This document shows positions 16,587 through 25,290 of a stretch of DNA of 32,000 bases, in pieces; the stretch's first letter is position 1, and each line of letters starts with the position of its first letter. Origin of the DNA: Pyrodictium abyssi. GTDB taxonomy: Archaea; Thermoproteota; Thermoprotei_A; Sulfolobales; Pyrodictiaceae. Position numbers and translations under genes: made by a program. The stretch is taken from NCBI RefSeq assembly GCF_036323395.1, contig NZ_AP028907.1:810001-842000 (forward strand), read 5' to 3'. Below the pieces are notes generated by a model. The model searched no databases, was not told the DNA's origin, and was given only the letters and a program-made list of their open reading frames with translations.

Positions 16587-16865
16587 CTAGTTTCCCTCAT
16601 CGAAAACCTCGTCCTTCTCAACCATATTATCTACAGCTACTACGTCTCTGCTATACTTGCTCGCATCCGCCAAGTACAATATAACCTTCTTCGCTGCCCG
16701 GTAGTCGACGCATCTAGTCTCGTACGTGACACCCTCTTCATCCTCGGCGACTATCCGCTTCATGCCAGGCGTATCGCAGTCTTCAACCCAGTATTTCCTC
16801 AAAAGCCCTATAGCCGCCATTCCCTCTATCTGTGTTACATAGACACGTCTACGCTGTCTCGTCAT
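16587..16865 (-). CDS. hypothetical protein (92 aa)
   Basis: ATG start. It ends 42 nt upstream of the His-rich gene on the same strand, so they are probably co-transcribed. No motif recognised. Confidence 0.55.
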   Translation of the reverse strand: MTRQRRRVYVTQIEGMAAIGLLRKYWVEDCDTPGMKRIVAEDEEGVTYETRCVDYRAAKKVILYLADASKYSRDVVAVDNMVEKDEVFDEGN

Positions 16866-16951
16866 AGCTTTCTTGCCGCCCCAATTCTTTGCGACAAGGC
16901 CTTACAGCCATTAAACTCTACCGCCACAGGGAGCAGTGCTTGTCTAGGCCT

Positions 16952-17140
16952 CTACCTACAGTACAGCAAAGCCAGAATAACAGCCGCAAATGCGAGCAAT
17001 AAGGCCGCCATATTAGCCATTCGCAGCGCGTCCGGCCTCCTACTACGCCGGAGAAGTACTCCCTGCGCTACTACGCTGGCTACCACCAGTGCAGCACCAA
17101 CCATGGCTATTATAGTGGCTGCACTACTGCACGTACCCAA
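16952..17140 (-). CDS. possible small two-TM membrane protein
   Basis: 62 aa with a TTG start. Two hydrophobic segments flank RRSRRPD. It is short, Ala/Leu-rich and in GC-rich DNA, so it could be spurious. Confidence 0.3.
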   Translation of the reverse strand: MGTCSSAATIIAMVGAALVVASVVAQGVLLRRSRRPDALRMANMAALLLAFAAVILALLYCR

Positions 17141-17222
17141 CTCGGCGCCACCAGGAGCTTCCGGGAATGGACTGAACTACTTTAGCTAGAGCCGCCGCAC
17201 CATACCTTACGGGCACACCAGG

Positions 17223-17582
17223 ATGAAAGAGTCATCCCTTGCCAAGCTAGCTAAGAGAATTGCCCAGGCCTTCAAATCCTTCCATGGATTCATCTACCAG
17301 CGCGGAGTCGACGATCCAAAAGACGTTCTTACCGTTGTTAGGTCCTCCGGCATAGGCATGCTGCTAAACAATGTAGCATTAAGCCAACAGCATGGCATCT
17401 ATGCGCTACTATTGAACGATAGAGCATGCAGGACAGAGTGCATATACGAGAAGGGTTGTAGCCCCGACGACAGCGAGTGTCTTAATAGATGCATGGAGCA
17501 GTGCCGGTCAAGGATAATAGATAGAATAGTGGAGGCGTTAAACAGCTATGCTGAGCGTCAGCATAGAGCCGCTAAACGTTGA
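17223..17582 (+). CDS. hypothetical Cys-rich protein (119 aa)
   Basis: ATG start. Six Cys are clustered in RACRTECIYEKGCSPDDSECLNRCMEQC. It overlaps the downstream MarC-family gene by 35 nt. Confidence 0.5.
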   Translation: MKESSLAKLAKRIAQAFKSFHGFIYQRGVDDPKDVLTVVRSSGIGMLLNNVALSQQHGIYALLLNDRACRTECIYEKGCSPDDSECLNRCMEQCRSRIIDRIVEALNSYAERQHRAAKR

Positions 17583-18171
17583 CCAGCTTATACGCTCGCT
17601 GATAGTTTTATTCATAGCTATCGATCCTCTGGGCAACGCACCTCTATTCTACGGGCTTACCGCCACACTTTCTAACGAGAAGCGCCGTACTATAGTACGC
17701 CAAAGCTGTAAGATAGCAACATTGATACTAGTGGCATTCGCCCTTGGAGGCGATGTACTGCTCTCTTACTTTGGCTTATCGGTGGCCGACTTCCGGATCT
17801 CGGGAGGTATAATCCTGCTAATATACGGTATAGCAGGGATACTCGGATGGACCGAAGCATCAATGATAAAACACCCAGAAGAAGCCGAAACTATCGCCGT
17901 TGTTCCACTCGCAACACCCTTGCTGGCCGGGCCTGCAGCAATAGCTACAGTACTCTACATCAAGGCTGTATACGGTATCAACTACGCTATCGCAGCTATA
18001 TCAGTTAACACGCTCATAACATTTGCCATGCTCAACAACAGCCAGAAACTGATGGACATGCTCGGCAAGAATGGTGCAATAGCCCTGTCGAAGATCATGT
18101 CGATACTTCTCGCTGCGATAGCAATAGCAATGATAAGAGAAGGAATAGTTGAAGTAGTAAAAGGCATGTAA
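17548..18171 (+). CDS. MarC family (UPF0056) integral membrane protein
   Basis: 207 aa with about 6 hydrophobic segments. The family signature near the N-terminus is FIAIDPLGNAPLF. Confidence 0.85.
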   Translation: MLSVSIEPLNVDQLIRSLIVLFIAIDPLGNAPLFYGLTATLSNEKRRTIVRQSCKIATLILVAFALGGDVLLSYFGLSVADFRISGGIILLIYGIAGILGWTEASMIKHPEEAETIAVVPLATPLLAGPAAIATVLYIKAVYGINYAIAAISVNTLITFAMLNNSQKLMDMLGKNGAIALSKIMSILLAAIAIAMIREGIVEVVKGM

Positions 18172-18226
18172 CAATAAGTAATCGCTACCACAATTGCGCT
18201 ACCATGTCATTTTGTTAAAAACGCTG

Positions 18227-20632
18227 CTATATGTTTAGCTTTCTCAACATTTTTTCTATTGCCTCGAGCCTACGCATCATTATCTTTCTCTCTATCGACG
18301 CTACTAGCCTTCTTGTTGGTATCACCGCGTCTGGATTCACACTTATGCTGTCAATGCCGTTCGCTACAAGGAACTCTACTATCTCTGGATACACGCTAGG
18401 GGCCTGTCCACATATGGACACTGTACGGCCATGCCGGTGAGCAGCGTCTATCAGCATCTTTATAGCATTGAGGACTGCCGGGTCGCGCTCATCGAAGTAG
18501 CCCATGCCTGCAAGTAGCTGGGAGTCACGGTCTACTCCAAGTACCAGCTGTGTTAGGTCATTACTCCCTATGCTGAAACCGTCAACAAGCTTAGCAAACT
18601 CGTCTGCAAGCAGGACTACGCTAGGCACCTCCGCCATTATCCATACCTTGAAGTCCTTGCCCCTTTCTAGCCCCTCCTCAGCAATTATGTCCAGTACCTT
18701 TTCCACCTCCCAAGTCGTCCTGACGAATGGCAGCATTACCCATACGTTCTTTAGCCCCATTTCATCTCTGACCTTCCTTATGGCCTGCACCTCTAGCCTG
18801 AACGCCTTCTCGTATGCTGGGTGTATGTACCTGGATACGCCGCGCCAGCCTATCATAGGGTTGCGTTCTTCGGGCTCGTACTTCTCGCCGCCACGGAGCC
18901 CACGGTACTCGTTTGTCTTGAAGTCGCTGAACCTCACTACCACTGGCCGCGGGTATATGGCACTAGCTACCTTAGCTATACCCTCGGCTAGCTTCTGCAC
19001 GAAGAAGTCTGCTTTACCGGTCTCCAGCAGGTATAGCGGGTGATACCCTATCCAGTCGGTTAGTATGAACTCTATCCTCATCAGACCTATACCGTCGAAT
19101 GGCAGGTCGACGTACTTGTCTATGACATCGGGCTCACCTAGGTTCATGTATATCTTCGTGCCTGTGACGGGGTACAGGTCGCGGAGTGCTTCAGCACTTA
19201 TCCCAGCTGCAGCTGTTTCCTCCTTCTCCTTCCTCTTGCCTATCTCTACTTTACCTTCATACACGACGCCACGGCTTCCATCAACTGTCACTAGCATTCC
19301 GGTCTTAATTACCTGTGTAGCGTTGCCCGTACCGACGACAGCTGGTATGCCGAGCTCACGGGATACTATGGCAGCGTGGCTCGTCATGCCACCCTCGTCG
19401 GTAACTATGGCTGCTGCCTTCTTCATTAGGGGTACCCAGTCGGGGTCTGTCATCTTAGTCACAAGGATGTCGCCTTCCTTGAATTGCTGCGCCTCCGGGC
19501 TGTGTGGGTCAAGTATCACTCTAGCTACGCCGGTTGCGACACCGGGACTCGCTGGTAGGCCGCGGACTAGGACCTTACCACTGCCCTCCGTCTCAGCGGC
19601 TGTTTCTGCCTTCTCGAGCTTGCTCTCCTTTAGCTGCTTGCTCCAAACAGTCTCATGCCGTGCCTGCACTATGAATATGTTGTTTGGAGGATCTATGTCC
19701 TTATCGATTGCCCATTCTATGTCCATAGGACTACCGTAGTGTTTCTCTATCTGGAGCCCATACTTGGCCAGTATCTTTGCCTCCTCGTCGCTGAGGCTCG
19801 GGGCTAGAGCCTTGTCCTTTGGCAGCTTTATCTCTACGTTCTCACCACGCTCTGGGTCATAGGTTATCATTATGTTCTTGGGGTTTATCTTCTTCTCTAC
19901 TATTTCAAGGGTCTTTTTGTCTATTATGAACTCGTCTGGGGTGACCTTTCCACCTACGACTGCCTCGCCGAGACCCCAGCTAGACTCTATCACTATAACG
20001 TTCGGGTCTCCGGTAGCTGGGTGTATCGTGAACATTACGCCCGCGGAACGAGAGTTGACCATCTTCTGCACAACTACAGCCATGCCCACCTTGGAGTGGT
20101 CTATGCCCTGCTGGGTCCGGTAGAATATAGCACGCGCCGTGAAGAGGCTTGCCCAGCACGCCTTAACCTTCTCAACTACCGCGTCAGCTCCCTTAACATT
20201 GAGGTAGGTGTCCTGCTGGCCCGCGAAACTCGCCTCAGGGAGATCTTCCGCTGAGGCACTACTCCTGACAGCGACAAGGGGCTCGTCCACGCCAACGCGC
20301 TTAGCTAGCTCAATGTAGGAGTTCTTTATAGCTGAGGCTATCTCGTCGGGGACTTCTGCGGAGAGTATAATCTCTCTTATCTTTCTGCTTGTTTCTTCCA
20401 GAGCCTTTGTATCGTTTACATCGAGGTTTTTAAGGAGATCACTGATCTTCTCCCAGAGCCCGGTTTCCTTCATGAAACGCCAGTAAGCCTCTGTGGTTAC
20501 GACAAAACCCGGCGGGACCGGGACGCCAGCAGTAACGAGTTCACCGAGATTGGCGCCCTTGCCGCCGGCCAGCTCTACATCCTTGGCACGCAGATTCTCG
20601 ATCCAAATAATTAGTGGCCTCTGCTCGGCCAT
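18227..20632 (-). CDS. ppsA: phosphoenolpyruvate synthase (pyruvate, water dikinase)
   Basis: N-terminal ATP-grasp region ([10 protein letters not shown]), phospho-His swivel domain ([24 protein letters not shown]), and C-terminal PEP-utilising domain ([10 protein letters not shown]). I prefer the ATG at 20632 (MAEQRPL...) over the GTG at 20668 in the ORF track. Confidence 0.93.
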   Translation of the reverse strand: MAEQRPLIIWIENLRAKDVELAGGKGANLGELVTAGVPVPPGFVVTTEAYWRFMKETGLWEKISDLLKNLDVNDTKALEETSRKIREIILSAEVPDEIASAIKNSYIELAKRVGVDEPLVAVRSSASAEDLPEASFAGQQDTYLNVKGADAVVEKVKACWASLFTARAIFYRTQQGIDHSKVGMAVVVQKMVNSRSAGVMFTIHPATGDPNVIVIESSWGLGEAVVGGKVTPDEFIIDKKTLEIVEKKINPKNIMITYDPERGENVEIKLPKDKALAPSLSDEEAKILAKYGLQIEKHYGSPMDIEWAIDKDIDPPNNIFIVQARHETVWSKQLKESKLEKAETAAETEGSGKVLVRGLPASPGVATGVARVILDPHSPEAQQFKEGDILVTKMTDPDWVPLMKKAAAIVTDEGGMTSHAAIVSRELGIPAVVGTGNATQVIKTGMLVTVDGSRGVVYEGKVEIGKRKEKEETAAAGISAEALRDLYPVTGTKIYMNLGEPDVIDKYVDLPFDGIGLMRIEFILTDWIGYHPLYLLETGKADFFVQKLAEGIAKVASAIYPRPVVVRFSDFKTNEYRGLRGGEKYEPEERNPMIGWRGVSRYIHPAYEKAFRLEVQAIRKVRDEMGLKNVWVMLPFVRTTWEVEKVLDIIAEEGLERGKDFKVWIMAEVPSVVLLADEFAKLVDGFSIGSNDLTQLVLGVDRDSQLLAGMGYFDERDPAVLNAIKMLIDAAHRHGRTVSICGQAPSVYPEIVEFLVANGIDSISVNPDAVIPTRRLVASIERKIMMRRLEAIEKMLRKLNI

Positions 20633-20664
20633 GGCACCATACCGTGCCTCTTTGCACCCGGTGG

Positions 20665-20685
20665 ACACATATAAACCTTTAAACA
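20665..20685 (-). promoter_or_regulatory. TATA-like element upstream of ppsA
   Basis: The minus strand reads TTTAAAGGTTTATATG, 33-53 nt upstream of the ATG at 20632. This supports the shorter ppsA start. Positional evidence only. Confidence 0.35.
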
Positions 20686-20716
20686 GTGTAAACTATGCTA
20701 GAAAGCTATATCACTT

Positions 20717-20751
20717 GTTATAAAATTGGGGTGTGTAAAACGTTGCACCCC
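20717..20751 (-). terminator. hairpin plus U-tract downstream of the 122-aa gene
   Basis: Minus strand: GGGGUG-caacguuuuaca-CACCCC (20751-20728), followed by AAUUUUAUAAC. It lies 30 nt past the stop at 20781. Archaeal termination usually needs only the T-tract. Confidence 0.35.
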
Positions 20752-20780
20752 AGCCAGTGCTGCCGAGTGGGGAACCGCAT

Positions 20781-21149
20781 TTACCGGCTTGCTTCGGCTG
20801 ACTCCTCAGCGACGTACTCTAGCTGCACTCTGTACTGCTCATCGTTATAGTCTATTACAGCATAGACTTCGTCTATGTTCTCTATGGGGCCGAAGTATAT
20901 CTCAAGCCTAGAGCCGGGTTCAACATGCTTATCGACGGTCATGCGCTCCGTTATCTCCTTTCTAACAGTCTGCACCTCAAGGTCGCTGGTTGGCGTCTCA
21001 CCTCTAGCCACATTAACATAGTACTTTACCTCGATAGCCCTTAGCTTTACCTGCTCCTGGCAGTTATTTACGACAACTATGTATGGCCCATCAACTCTAT
21101 AAGACATACACTCTCTAAGCCTTTCTGCCACGTTTCCAGACTGAGGCAA
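20781..21149 (-). CDS. hypothetical protein (122 aa)
   Basis: TTG start preceded by GAGGTG 5 nt upstream. The alternative ATG (MSYRVDG) is 14 codons in. An ATTAAATA TATA-like box lies about 40 nt upstream. No motif recognised. Confidence 0.5.
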   Translation of the reverse strand: MPQSGNVAERLRECMSYRVDGPYIVVVNNCQEQVKLRAIEVKYYVNVARGETPTSDLEVQTVRKEITERMTVDKHVEPGSRLEIYFGPIENIDEVYAVIDYNDEQYRVQLEYVAEESAEASR

Positions 21150-21257
21150 GGAGACACCTCCACATAGTTCTAGACTCGCAGCTCCTAGTATTTAATCCCG
21201 GCCTAATCTGGTATCTATATTCCTCCGCGCAGCGCTGCTAGCTGTGGATGAGGACCA

Positions 21258-21323
21258 GGGTCAGAACCGGTGGAGGCCAGTCATAGCCCTCCGGGCTTAT
21301 CGACGTGCAATCCTCATCATCCC
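21258..21323 (-). ncRNA. C/D box sRNA candidate
   Basis: Minus strand: GGG-AUGAUGA (perfect C box, 21320-21314), guide GGAUUGCACGUCG, degenerate D' (UCGA/AUAA). GC hairpin GCCC-GGA-GGGC, weak C'-like AUGACUG, 13-nt guide GCCUCCACCGGUU. D box CUGA at 21264-21261 (perfect), then CCC. The GGG/CCC flanks form a terminal stem. Confidence 0.55.
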
Positions 21324-21542
21324 ACATAACTGGCAATACTGGGTGCCGCTTTTAGGGCTATTAGTCTAAGGCAGACCCTCGCACTAGGCACGGGGATGAG
21401 GACAAACCCCGTCTCGCGAGCCATGCGCAGTGAAGAGTGCACCGGTTACCGACCCGCAGACAAGGAATGGAACACGCGGAATAGTTAGGACAGATTGAGA
21501 GTATACCCTCATAGCACATCTACGCTATGCCAAACCATCAGT

Positions 21543-21620
21543 GGGGGCGGCTGGCATCGGCAGAGCAACTCCTCGTCATCTCTTCAGCTGAAAACCGGGC
21601 TCCTCCTAACCAGCCGCCCC
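21543..21620. repeat. 78-nt imperfect hairpin with perfect 11-bp GC-rich basal stem (unknown RNA or protein-binding site)
   Basis: GGGGCGGCTGG (21543-21553) is the exact reverse complement of CCAGCCGCCCC (21610-21620). A second 8-bp helix with one mismatch stacks above it. The 10-nt palindrome TTCAGCTGAA sits near the apex. Confidence 0.85.
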
Positions 21621-21666
21621 ATTTGTTCTGAAGGCAGGTCAGCGTAAGAGCGGTAGATATTTTCCC

Positions 21667-22857
21667 TTGGCCGCAGGAGAGCTGTATCCCTTGGGCAGCA
21701 GCAATTTGCCGGGTAATGTTACTACATCTCATCTATTAGAACGTATACGCAAGTTCTACGAAGCATTAGCCGAGCCATTCATAGGTAGAGAAGAGGAGGC
21801 GCGCGCAATAACTCTAGCGATAATAGCCCGGGAGCACGTAGTGTTGATAGGCGAGCCCGGTACAGCCAAGTCGGCTCTGGCCAGACGTAGTGCGGAACTA
21901 ATAAGCGCGAAATTCTTCAAATACCTTCTAACGAAGTATACTGAGCCTAGCGAACTCTTCGGCCCCCTGGATCTAAACGCCCTCCGAGAAGGAAGATATG
22001 TTAGGATAACTCGAGGCAAAATGCCAGAGGCCGAGATAGTCTTCCTGGACGAGGTGTTCAACGCAAACTCGGCCGTGCTCAATGCTCTGCTAAGCATAAT
22101 GCAGGAGCGCGTCTGGTACGATGGCTATACAGAGATTAGGGTACCCCTTTGGACTATGATAGGCGCCACGAACAGAGTGCCGGAAGAGCCCGAGCTAGAA
22201 GCAGTCTATGACAGATTCCTAGTTAGGCAATATGCTAAACCGCTCCCGGAGAACAAATGGGGTGAGCTGCTGGATGCCGGGTGGCGGATAGAATCCGGCA
22301 AGGTGCCATCGGCGCAACCGGTCTTAGACATGAACATTCTGGCCGAGATACATAAGCTGGTGTTTAACGTAGACATAGCCGCTGTAAAGCCAAAGCTTCT
22401 ACGTATATTCGCTGTCCTTGAGGAGAGAGGACTACATTTGACCGATAGGCGTAAAGCGAAGTCCCTCAAGATAATAGCGGCTAACGCGTTACTGGAGGGC
22501 AGGACAAGGGCTGAGGAACGCGATCTCATAGTCCTCAAGTACTTAGCTCCGAGGGATATAGAAGACTTTGATAAGGTGAGTATTGTACTGTCTGAGGAGC
22601 TACGTATGCCAGAACGCTTCATAAAGGAGTTGAACGATATAAAGGCCAACGTTAAGGAAGCAGCAAGACTGGTAGACTCTATGAGGAGCTATGATCCACG
22701 TCTCGTTGACCTCTTCCGGAGCCTAAAAATAGCAAAAAGCAGGATACTAAATATACTGAAAGAAGCTGACGACGAACGAGTGAGAATGCTGGCCGACGAA
22801 ACCCTCCACGATATCGACGAACTCCTTGAGAAAATCTCTTACAAGCTGGGGATGTAG
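21667..22857 (+). CDS. MoxR-class AAA+ ATPase, RavA-like
   Basis: Walker A LIGEPGTAKSALAR. Walker B and sensor region IVFLDEVFNANSAVLNALLSIMQER resemble RavA/AAA_5. There is no in-frame ATG before the Walker A, so the start must be TTG (21667, 21691 or 21706). A TATA-like GATATTTT at 21656-21663 favours one of the downstream TTGs. Confidence 0.85.
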   Translation: MAAGELYPLGSSNLPGNVTTSHLLERIRKFYEALAEPFIGREEEARAITLAIIAREHVVLIGEPGTAKSALARRSAELISAKFFKYLLTKYTEPSELFGPLDLNALREGRYVRITRGKMPEAEIVFLDEVFNANSAVLNALLSIMQERVWYDGYTEIRVPLWTMIGATNRVPEEPELEAVYDRFLVRQYAKPLPENKWGELLDAGWRIESGKVPSAQPVLDMNILAEIHKLVFNVDIAAVKPKLLRIFAVLEERGLHLTDRRKAKSLKIIAANALLEGRTRAEERDLIVLKYLAPRDIEDFDKVSIVLSEELRMPERFIKELNDIKANVKEAARLVDSMRSYDPRLVDLFRSLKIAKSRILNILKEADDERVRMLADETLHDIDELLEKISYKLGM

Positions 22858-22861
22858 GATT

Positions 22862-24178
22862 ATGACTGTGCTGAAAGGGGTAGACTACAATGACCCTCCG
22901 ATAAGGTATAGAGGAGAGCGCATTATAGCGTTACTCCGTAAACTACTCCCTGAGCCCGTTAAGACGCCAGACTACCTTGACACCGATTTCGCTATAACTG
23001 TGTATTATTCGCTCTTCCTCCCATACCCAGTACTTAGAAAGCCCGACACGAGCGATAAAAAGACGCTCTTACACTACCTGATAGCATCTAAGATGCTAGC
23101 CTCATCCAGGCTATCGGAGATAAAGAAGCATACCATAGCCGATACCACTACCAGTATGGTCGCTTCTGCTGTATTCCTTGAGGCGCTCGCACAAGAGATA
23201 AATAAAATGCCACGACCCCAGGGTGGCGATGCATCTACGCAAAGTAAAGCAGGCCCAGAGAGCGGTAACAGCCAGGAAACCATGGATATAGAGCGAAGCG
23301 TTGAGAAAGCATTAGAGTCTGCAAAGGAAGTGGCACGCCAAGCAAAAGAGATAGCTAATCTAGCTATGCGGTTTGCCGCTGGAAGCACATCAGTGCTTAC
23401 CCTGGACGACGTCATAAAGGATGTCATAAACCTTGCACGGAATACAGACGTACATATACTGCTTGAAGCGCTTAAGACTATAGAGAGTTCTGAGGCATAC
23501 ATAAAGTCTAAGAAGATACGAAGCCCTCGAGGAGAGCTAGACGGATACGAACTCGGTAGTGATATAGAGCGCGTTGCGGCAAGCGAACTTGCTCTTCCCT
23601 ACGAACTCTTCCTAGTGAAATTTGCCGAACGCAACCTACTGCTATACCGGAAGGTCATCAACGAGGATTATGGCAAGTTCTACGTATTATTAGACAAGAG
23701 CGGCAGCATGATGGGTATGAAGATAATTTGGGCTAAAGCTGTCGCACTCGCTCTAGCACAGAGAGCTGTAAGAGAGAGACGGGAATTCTACCTAAGGTTC
23801 TTCGACAGTATACCGTATCCCCCCTTCTATATATCTAAGAGGATACATGGAAGAGACGTAGTCAAGCTACTGGAGTATATTGCCAAGATAAGGGCCAATG
23901 GTGGTACAGACATTACACGAGCCATACTAACAGCAGTGAACGATATAATGTCGCGGCCCTCGACATCGAAAGTCTCTGACATAATATTGATAACTGACGG
24001 CGAGGACCGGGTTGCTATAGATACTGTACGCAGGGCACTAGCCAGAGCCAACGCTAGGCTCCACACCGTCATGATATATGGTAATAACCCAGACCTAAGG
24101 GTGCTATCCGAAAGCTACATGGTCGCCACAAAGCTGGATAGAGAGGAAGCACTTAAGGTGATAATGGCGGGCTCCTAG
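22862..24178 (+). CDS. VWA-domain protein, ViaA-like partner of the AAA+ ATPase
   Basis: The ATG at 22862 lies 4 nt after the upstream stop; the ORF track begins at 22826. The C-terminal VWA has a MIDAS motif DKSGSM (from 23693), GGTDI and ILITDGED. The preceding LALPYELFLVKFAERNLLLY segment resembles the ViaA family. Confidence 0.85.
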   Translation: MTVLKGVDYNDPPIRYRGERIIALLRKLLPEPVKTPDYLDTDFAITVYYSLFLPYPVLRKPDTSDKKTLLHYLIASKMLASSRLSEIKKHTIADTTTSMVASAVFLEALAQEINKMPRPQGGDASTQSKAGPESGNSQETMDIERSVEKALESAKEVARQAKEIANLAMRFAAGSTSVLTLDDVIKDVINLARNTDVHILLEALKTIESSEAYIKSKKIRSPRGELDGYELGSDIERVAASELALPYELFLVKFAERNLLLYRKVINEDYGKFYVLLDKSGSMMGMKIIWAKAVALALAQRAVRERREFYLRFFDSIPYPPFYISKRIHGRDVVKLLEYIAKIRANGGTDITRAILTAVNDIMSRPSTSKVSDIILITDGEDRVAIDTVRRALARANARLHTVMIYGNNPDLRVLSESYMVATKLDREEALKVIMAGS

Positions 24179-25035
24179 GGTGGTTCAACGCGGTAAAACT
24201 CTACAATATTATCAACGTTGATTCTGTACAGAGTCTCCTCATCCACTACACCGCTTCTCATCAGCTCCACTTGCCTATCAATGATCTCCCATGGACACGA
24301 CGAGACGCAAGGGCGCTTGGGGTCATCTATATAATCTGACTCTATCATTATATGTTTTACTCCTATCTTCTCGAACACTCTTCTCATGAGTTCTTTCTTA
24401 CCAGCTACCGTGGCCCAGTAACCGCTAGCCGCAGCATGACTTGCCACACGCGCTGACGCATGATGAAACAGTATCCTACTCTTGGGCACAGACACTAGTT
24501 CTACAAGTTTTGCAGTAGTATCCACCGTCGCAGGCCCAGCATTCTCTAGGTGCAAATGCACTATACAGTCGTTGTCACGAGCATACTCGAGTGCTCTAGT
24601 CATTATAGTAGACGCTATCGCTACCCTCTCCGGCATTGTCTTGTAGTGCTGCCTACCAACTTCACCAATACCATCCAGTAGTCCTTGCCTACACATTTCC
24701 CCCACATACTCTACTACACGTAGCCCCAGGCTTAGCACGTCTTCCGGAGAGAGTCCAGCCGATATTAGCTTGTCCACTTCCGCCGGATGGAAGCCTGCAA
24801 GACATGCAACACGGAGTCCAGCTTCACGAGCCCTTCTACATTCCCTAAGATGAATGTCTATAGCTTTCATATACATCTCAAAACCCGGACGCGCATCGAG
24901 ACCATAGTGCCATGGCGGGAGCATAACTAGTGCCATAAACCAGCCGCCTTTCTCTGCAAATCTCTTCGCTACAGCTGCAGCCCCCATACCCAGCGGACTA
25001 CTATGCGCATGGGCATCACCGAATACAAGCTTCAT
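24175..25035 (-). CDS. TatD-related metal-dependent hydrolase (TIM-barrel amidohydrolase superfamily)
   Basis: N-terminal GDAHAHS metal-binding motif, internal HLHLE, and C-terminal IESDYIDDP. 286 aa. Its 3' end overlaps the viaA-like stop by 4 nt, in convergent orientation. Confidence 0.75.
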   Translation of the reverse strand: MKLVFGDAHAHSSPLGMGAAAVAKRFAEKGGWFMALVMLPPWHYGLDARPGFEMYMKAIDIHLRECRRAREAGLRVACLAGFHPAEVDKLISAGLSPEDVLSLGLRVVEYVGEMCRQGLLDGIGEVGRQHYKTMPERVAIASTIMTRALEYARDNDCIVHLHLENAGPATVDTTAKLVELVSVPKSRILFHHASARVASHAAASGYWATVAGKKELMRRVFEKIGVKHIMIESDYIDDPKRPCVSSCPWEIIDRQVELMRSGVVDEETLYRINVDNIVEFYRVEPP

Positions 25036-25290
25036 AGTCTACACCCTTTAACGGACCCCTGGCCAGCCTCGGGTTTATAGCGTAAGCTGCTAACAGCGTG
25101 CCTTTGAACACCCATTGACGGTCGGAGTAGGACCACTCGCTCATCCCCCGGAGAGCTCCATACCCGGGGCTCGGTGGTAGGGGCCTCCTCATCCCACGCA
25201 TACAGCGATAACTCTTGAGCTGCTACCTAATCGTAGTTTATCCTAATTAGCGGCAATACACATGCCATCACCTAGCTCCTTCTTCAATAC

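Noticed and set aside
16163-16684. 173-aa plus-strand ORF overlapping the His-rich gene and its partner.
   Set aside because: It is Pro/Ser/Leu-rich with no secondary-structure periodicity. The minus-strand reading gives two compact, protein-like products with sensible spacing.
14984-17222. Possibility that tRNA-Arg is an integration site and the orphan genes downstream form an integrated element.
   Set aside because: No integrase gene is present. I found no direct repeat of the tRNA 3' half (GGTTCAAATCCCCGCGGGCCC) elsewhere in the window, and there is no obvious GC shift downstream of the tRNA.
18231-20723. Plus-strand ORFs inside ppsA (18231..18440, 18504..19043, 19065..19739, 19872..20123, 20021..20254, 20493..20723).
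   Set aside because: They are antisense to a confidently identified 800-aa enzyme gene. Their Ser/Thr/Pro/Ala-rich composition is typical of shadow ORFs. The same reasoning applies to 1173..1457, 1685..1879, 2505..2921, 2938..3636, 8220..9026, 9615..9878, 11940..14876 (plus strand), 21756..22649, 23074..24072, 27385..27696, 27995..28225 and 29232..29465.
21253-21285. SRP RNA helix-8-like string ACCAGGGUCAGAACCGGUGGAGGCCAG, and AGAGCAAC at 21561-21568.
   Set aside because: The conserved GNAR tetraloop followed by GG(A/G)AGCA is absent or mis-spaced. No Alu-domain motifs or long 5'/3' pairing were found.
21286-21604. RNase P RNA-like motifs on the plus strand: CCGGGCUUAUCG (21290-21301, resembles CR-V GGCUUA) and GAAAACCGGGCUCC (21589-21602, resembles CR-I GAAAGUCCGGGCUCC).
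   Set aside because: The order is wrong, with the CR-V-like motif upstream of the CR-I-like one. The invariant AAAGUCC is not intact. A P4 pairing cannot be built, and there is no room for a 300-nt RNA before the ravA-like coding sequence. The first motif is better explained as the antisense of the C/D box sRNA candidate.
25016-25201. 61-aa minus-strand ORF in the tatD-spoIIM gap.
   Set aside because: It overlaps the tatD-like start codon region, is Arg/Gly/Pro-rich, and lies in a region better explained by structured RNA.
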